A DNA stretch of 64,000 nucleotides from Eledone cirrhosa (Eukaryota): NCBI GenBank assembly GCA_964016885.1, contig OZ024742.1, positions 7,626,001 through 7,690,000 of the forward strand. The letters are read 5' to 3'. The position numbers and the translations under genes are program-made. Below the pieces are notes generated by a model. The model did no database searches and was not told the DNA's origin. It saw only the letters and a program-made list of their open reading frames with translations. Shown one piece after another: positions 58,223-64,000 of the stretch (the stretch's first letter is position 1; every line of letters starts with the position of its first letter).

Positions 58223-58253
<31 letters not shown>

Positions 58254-58556
58254 CATATACATATATGTACATTATTATTTTTTTTTTGGGGGGGGGGGGG
58301 TCATATTGTTATATTTCCAGAAATATATAATAAATCACTCAGTTTTGTTTGGGTTCATTTTCGCTTCTGTATCTTTTATATCTCTATAGTTAATTTATCT
58401 GGCAATCAATGTTTATACGTGATTGACCACTGGTTAAAAATATAGATATAAATATATATATACTGTCTATCAAAATTATTTCATCACACACCCGTGACAT
58501 CATCAGTGGTATTATTATCTTTCCTCCCGCTGTATTGTATCGCGTCTACTCCATTT

Positions 58557-58587
<31 letters not shown>

Positions 58588-59439
58588 TTCTTGTCTCTTT
58601 TTGCGCATGCGTTTGTGTGTGTTATCTGTTTGGTCTGTGTTCCTGCATGGGTCTATGTTGGTTTGTATTCTATCTTTGTTCCCTAGTGTGTCTTTAAGTG
58701 TGGTTGTTGTTATTGTACCTGTGTATATTTATATTTATCTTAGGTCAGTATTGTGTGTTTGTGTATGCTTGTTGTTGTTGTTGTTCCATTCATTTTATTA
58801 TTATTTCTGGCAATATTATAACAATACGACCCTCCCCAAATATAACAATATTTGTTTCAACTCACGATTTCATATCAAAAAGATTGCCAAACACACACAT
58901 ACACACACACACACTCACACTCACACACACACTCACTCACACACACCTCTCACACACACACATATACTATATATATAGTCAATCTTTTCCGTAGTTTAGA
59001 AGATGGTAAGAGTGCTCTATATTATCTACAGAGCTGAAATATTGATATTATTCAAAACAATTTATTGCTACCTAAGTTATCAAAGACTGTCCTCGTATTT
59101 ACCAAGATATCTTATATAGTGAACTCTGAATTTTCTTCTCTGTAGCCAATAGGATGGTTGATATTACATCGTATAAGATATCTTTGAGGTCAAAACTGAG
59201 TATCTTTTGATTATTCGATTAGAGTACCTCTTCTAGCTTCTAACTGAATCGGTTTTCAACTAAGCAAATCTTCAATGATTTAAATAAGTATTCTTCCCTT
59301 GTGTAGTAGGAAAATCTAAGGATGTTCAATGTATATATGACAATGTGTCTGGCGTCACTTACAGTCGTGGTTATTCGTTGTTATTCTTTGTCGACTCAAC
59401 TGACATAAATTTCACAATACATATTTTCATGTATTGTGT

Positions 59440-59496
<57 letters not shown>

Positions 59497-59590
59497 TTAG
59501 TTATACTATTTATGGTTATGTAAATACAAAACCTTAAGCAGTTGTAAGTATTTTACACACACCCTAAATAGTGCGGCGCAGGTCACTGAT

Positions 59591-61054
59591 TTGGTCGGCC
59601 TATACCTCCTCAATGAAATCCATAAGGACCTCCCTTACCTCAACGGTGGTTTGTACCGCGATGATGCACTTCTACTTATAGAATATAAAAAATTTAATAT
59701 AGAAAGAACTAGAAAACAACTGCATAAGACATTCAAAAACTTTAACCTTAGTATCACCATGGACAAAAACACTAAAAATGTTAACTTCCTAGACGCCACA
59801 CTATACCTAGACTCAAAAATATATACACCTTTCCATAAGCCTAATGAGAAACTTATTTACGTAGATACCAAGTCTAATCACCCTAGATCAATATTAAACT
59901 CTATCTCTAAGGGGGTGTCCAATAGAATCTCTAGTCTGTCCTATGACGCAAACATATTTAGCAAAAACTCACAATATTACAATCAAGCATTAGCTAGCTC
60001 CGGCCATAATATAAAAATTGAGTTCCTACCTAAGAAAACACATAGCTACAACATCATCTCGCACAACATGTCCATGAGGAAATCTAATAATAGGAATAGC
60101 AACCACAAGTACACCAAAGCGGAGGGTGCCACCGGAAGTAACCATTACCATGGAAACTACTGTGGGGCCTTAGGAGGAAGCAACACACCAAACACTAAAA
60201 GCAAAAATAAAAGAAGAAATAATACATTTTTCAACCCTCCTTTCATCCTAAATGTCTCGACCAACATACCTAGGGCTTTCTTCTCACTACTAGATAAAAA
60301 CTTCCCTCTAGGACACAAGTACCACAACCTCTTAAACAAAAACACCATTAAAATCTCATACTCTACGACGCCTAACTTAGCATACCACATAGCTAGCAGC
60401 AATAATAGTAAAATTAGTTCTTACTTCCAACAAACAAAATCACAACGGGATGCAAACCCTCTAAATACCACTGTAGCAAGCAACCATAGCAACGGCAGTA
60501 ACAATAGAAATAACACTAGTATAAGTAATAACACCAGGGTTGTCAACCCGAACACCCAAAATCCTATATCCACCACACAGACTTCCGCATTGCATTATAA
60601 CCAGCGGACTAACGCACAGGATAATTGTAACTGTAGAGCTAATAGAACCTGCCCTTTAGATAAAAAATGCCTAACCAAGGATGTCATATACTCATGCACC
60701 GTCACGACTAATAACTCTTCAGAAACCTATGTAGGCTCCACTTCTAACTGCTTCAAAATCAGATATAACTCGCACATCCACTCGTTCAAAAAGCACAGCC
60801 TAGCCAACTCCACCTCACTTTCTAGCTACATACACTATCTAAAATCTAAAAATAAACCATACACACTCAAATGGGAAGTGATAGGAAGCGCGACCTCGTA
60901 CAAACCACCTAATAAATTCTGTAACCTCTGTATACTAGAGACACACAATATTATCTTCTCCAACCGTAACCTACTTAACAAAAAATCTGAGGTGTTTGCA
61001 ACTTGCCAGCACCGCCTCAGACATTCCTTCCAAAACTTTAAGCCCTATATATAG
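59591..61054 (+). CDS. Penelope-like RT (C-terminal half) + Cys linker + GIY-YIG endonuclease; N-terminus missing
   Basis: AQVTDLVGLYLL, YRDD, VNFLD, FHKPN..YV..SNHP, CNCRANRTCPLDKKC, VIY...YVGST, CNLC..E, LNKKSE..CQH. Confidence 0.9.
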   Translation: MVGLYLLNEIHKDLPYLNGGLYRDDALLLIEYKKFNIERTRKQLHKTFKNFNLSITMDKNTKNVNFLDATLYLDSKIYTPFHKPNEKLIYVDTKSNHPRSILNSISKGVSNRISSLSYDANIFSKNSQYYNQALASSGHNIKIEFLPKKTHSYNIISHNMSMRKSNNRNSNHKYTKAEGATGSNHYHGNYCGALGGSNTPNTKSKNKRRNNTFFNPPFILNVSTNIPRAFFSLLDKNFPLGHKYHNLLNKNTIKISYSTTPNLAYHIASSNNSKISSYFQQTKSQRDANPLNTTVASNHSNGSNNRNNTSISNNTRVVNPNTQNPISTTQTSALHYNQRTNAQDNCNCRANRTCPLDKKCLTKDVIYSCTVTTNNSSETYVGSTSNCFKIRYNSHIHSFKKHSLANSTSLSSYIHYLKSKNKPYTLKWEVIGSATSYKPPNKFCNLCILETHNIIFSNRNLLNKKSEVFATCQHRLRHSFQNFKPYI

Positions 61055-62498
61055 CAATGTCGGACTGGAACCTAACACCACATCTAGCATCAAACACCAG
61101 AGACACACCCTATACTACATACCCAACACTAGCTGATCCATTATAACACAAACAACGACATCCCTCTGGAACCCTTCGCAGGGAAAATACCCATTTATAC
61201 CTCTACGGCAGGTGTGACAACATCCACCCACTTGAACGGCACTACACCGCTCTAAGGGTAATTTGAGCATGAATTGATCGGTTGGATAGTGTTGGGCAGA
61301 GGAAACACCTTCCTTAGACAGATGTAAAATGAGTTAATCGAGTAGCGCTGTTGACCAGTAGGACCGGGCTGCTGAGCGCAGTGAGTGAATGTATTGCAAC
61401 TGCCGTGCGGGTTGTACGTATATGGATGATCTGACGGTCAGAGAGGGGTCGCGAGGACTGCGGATTGACCTTTGGCCTGCCTGGGGATGATTATCTTTCG
61501 ACATCCAATGTAGCAAGCGATGACCCAGATCTTACCAGAGATCATTGGGTCCTGAAGCAATCCTGCAATCACCGCGCCTGGTCATATGAGCAGACTACAA
61601 CCACAGAGATCATTAATTTAGAATCCTCGCTCATCATCTATAATTTCCATTTGTAGCACCTTAAGATGGGTTAATCCACCATAATAATATGATCACCTTC
61701 AGCATAACTTAGTTAAACTACTCTATAGTTAATACACTTTATGCTTTAAAAGTCTCTCTTGGAAGATGCGCATCACCATAGAATTTAGGGTCTATATTGG
61801 GACACATTTTAATGGCTAGATACAGAAACCCCAGAGTTACCTCCCCGCATGCATTAACTCCCCTTAGCCACACACACACTTCCGGGCGGTATTCAATGGC
61901 GTTTCTCGAAACGTAACAACCTCCTGTATCGAACTAAAGAACATCAGACTACGATCTCTAACTGGATTGTCGTGGATTATGTGAAGGGCATATAATCGAA
62001 ATATACACTCCCCTGACCATGAAAATGCCGAAGTACATGAAATACTTGACATCCCTGCGCTGTGCATCTCCAATACTTATAACACTTTTAATGCTTGCAC
62101 TATCTTTAATGCTTATAATATTTCTCCACACACAGACTATATCAATCATATAAAGAATTTGCCACCAGACCTACCAACCTAACACTCTTATTTACCTACC
62201 TAAGTGCCTCTACCACACATATCTCTCTGCCACACTATATAAACAAGACGCACATGCGTGCCACACATATAACATTTGCACTATATAACCACTTATCTTC
62301 ATGTTGTACTTTAACCTATATCTTTGATTTTTGATTGTACCTATTAATATAAATGTAATCTCGAAGTGTGTACTGCCACTCTAAATTCTGTAATGAATGT
62401 TGACCCACAATGTTTGAATATGTATCAATGTTTGAATATGTATTGGTATGTCTCTCGGCTGAAAAGGAGGTCATATAACTGTCCATGCATTAATAAAT

Positions 62499-62545
62499 TG
62501 CTCCGAAGAATCCAAACTTCGGTTTGGAGGAAACAGCTGTAAGCA
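62499..62545 (+). ncRNA. pLTR hammerhead ribozyme, CCGAAGA core variant
   Basis: tgct CCGAAGA a-tccaaac-UUCG-gtttgga-g GAAA cagctg UA agca. Confidence 0.8.
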
Positions 62546-62576
62546 CAATAATGTTTTGAACAGTTCTTTGATTCTT

Positions 62577-62629
<53 letters not shown>

Positions 62630-64000
62630 TGTATATATATATATATATCCATTGAATGTGTCAAACAACGAATTACAAATTAATTGCAGTTATAACGAAT
62701 AAATTGATTTTCAACATTACATAAAAATCCGTAAATGTGTAACTCTGCTCACTCTCCCGGATATCTTTTCACTAGATTAAGTTTAGAAAAATACTTTTGT
62801 TTTTCTGATTGAAGGTTTGTAATTAGATAGCATTTTAGTTTGTTTTAATAACGTGAGAGAACAAATATTTAAATCTAAGTTCAAAATATTTAGGTTATTA
62901 TTTTATAAATAATGTATGAGACAACTTTTAGAAATATAGGCGTAGGATGTGAAACATTAATTTATTTAATTAAATAATTTGTAGAATCAATAATAAGTAA
63001 TTCTTAAATAAATTCCGGCTGGATAATTTCATATGATGTCAGTTAAATTATGCCAAAACCCACGTTAAATAATTTGGGAGTATTAAGAAATGTTGCCTCA
63101 ATTATTGAAATAATTTTTAAGATACTAGAAGAGAAGTTAATTTAAACACTGATTTATGTATAAACACTTATAGAGGATGAATATAGATGAATACATTTGG
63201 TTAAATAAATGAGAGGAATTTAGATATAAACATGCCGTCGAATAGGTGACAACCAAGACGGAATGAATATTCGGTGAGTTTACACATTTAAGAAAATACG
63301 AAATAGTAAGTAATAAAATACAGGAAGAAAGGAACTAAGTTGAATAAAACGGGAATATATAAAGGAATTAAGGACATTCAATATAGACCCTACTTCTTAC
63401 AACACAATCTCCCTAACTGTGTCTCTAGTTTCTGATTAGGTCTCACTCTAGTTTTCCCTTGACTAAACTTTACTGATTCTGATCTATGAGCACTGAGGTG
63501 TTTGTAATACGTGGAACCGGGAAACTCTTCTACCACAATGAACATTTGTATCATGGTTAAGCAGGTCAAGGATGGTTTCTATACATTCTTCATTCTTCTG
63601 ACTTAGGGTCTCTATCCTGGTTTCAGTCTAGTTCTGTTTATGATGTGTATTCATTTGGAGGATCGTTGATTTCTGTTGTAAATCTGCTGAGACGGTTGTT
63701 CCAAGCCAGATGACGGTTACCGATGAAATATCGATCACAACATTTCCAATAATAATATATACATCAATTCACCAGTTACATATTTATATATAATCCGCCT
63801 AAATCAGCATCTACTAACCAGAACATATATTTACCACACATTTTAATTATTTATACGTATCATATCTTATCAAACCAATATTAAAATTATATTTCCTTAT
63901 TTATATATCTCAATGACTCTTAATCATTCACGAAGCTCATTTGAATGAAGTGGCGGAATGGCCAGGTTGCCCAATGGCAGGTGCGTCCCAGGGGTCCCAC

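Larger units (their letters stand above)
57393..58223 (-). mobile_element. Retrozyme-like element B: about 1.5 tandem units of 522 bp, a diverged relative of element A, in (TA)n
   Basis: Direct repeat (57393 vs 57915) with two HHRs; blocks shared with element A. Confidence 0.8.
59570..62583 (+). mobile_element. 5'-truncated Penelope-like element (Naiad-like) with a long 3' region, terminal HHR and (TA)n 3' junction
   Basis: RT-GIY-YIG ORF; HHR about 40 nt before (TA)n at 62584. Confidence 0.88.

Noticed and set aside
61054-61560. SECIS / selenoprotein as in some Naiad elements
   Set aside because: No in-frame TGA in the visible ORF and no convincing SECIS fold.

Overview
AT-rich, microsatellite-dense animal DNA; the tRNA-SINE type and the (TA)n/(CA)n landscape suggest an octopus or other cephalopod (inference). 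No intact host gene is recognisable, only one or two weak exon candidates near 50.7-52 kb. Contents: (1) a decayed Tx1/L1-type LINE (1-4629, minus); (2) a decayed R4/Dong-type RLE retrotransposon (about 5.5-9.1 kb) and a second RLE fragment (about 52.5 kb); (3) a 22.3-kb array of about 604 copies of a 37-bp satellite with higher-order periods of 81, 86 and 137 monomers; (4) a 5'-truncated Penelope-like element (PLE; RT + GIY-YIG, Naiad-like) at 59.6-62.6 kb and a GIY-YIG remnant at 11.6-12.2 kb; (5) tRNA-derived SINEs. The main hidden signal is a set of non-coding, hammerhead-ribozyme (HHR)-bearing inserts in (TA)n tracts. I could hand-fold HHRs from about nine sequence families. Two related tandem retrozyme-like elements predict self-excised monomers of 563 and 522 nt, and their HHRs show compensatory base changes. 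Many inserts are fold-back palindromes whose axes lie at or near the ribozyme. All folds were read by eye, not computed.
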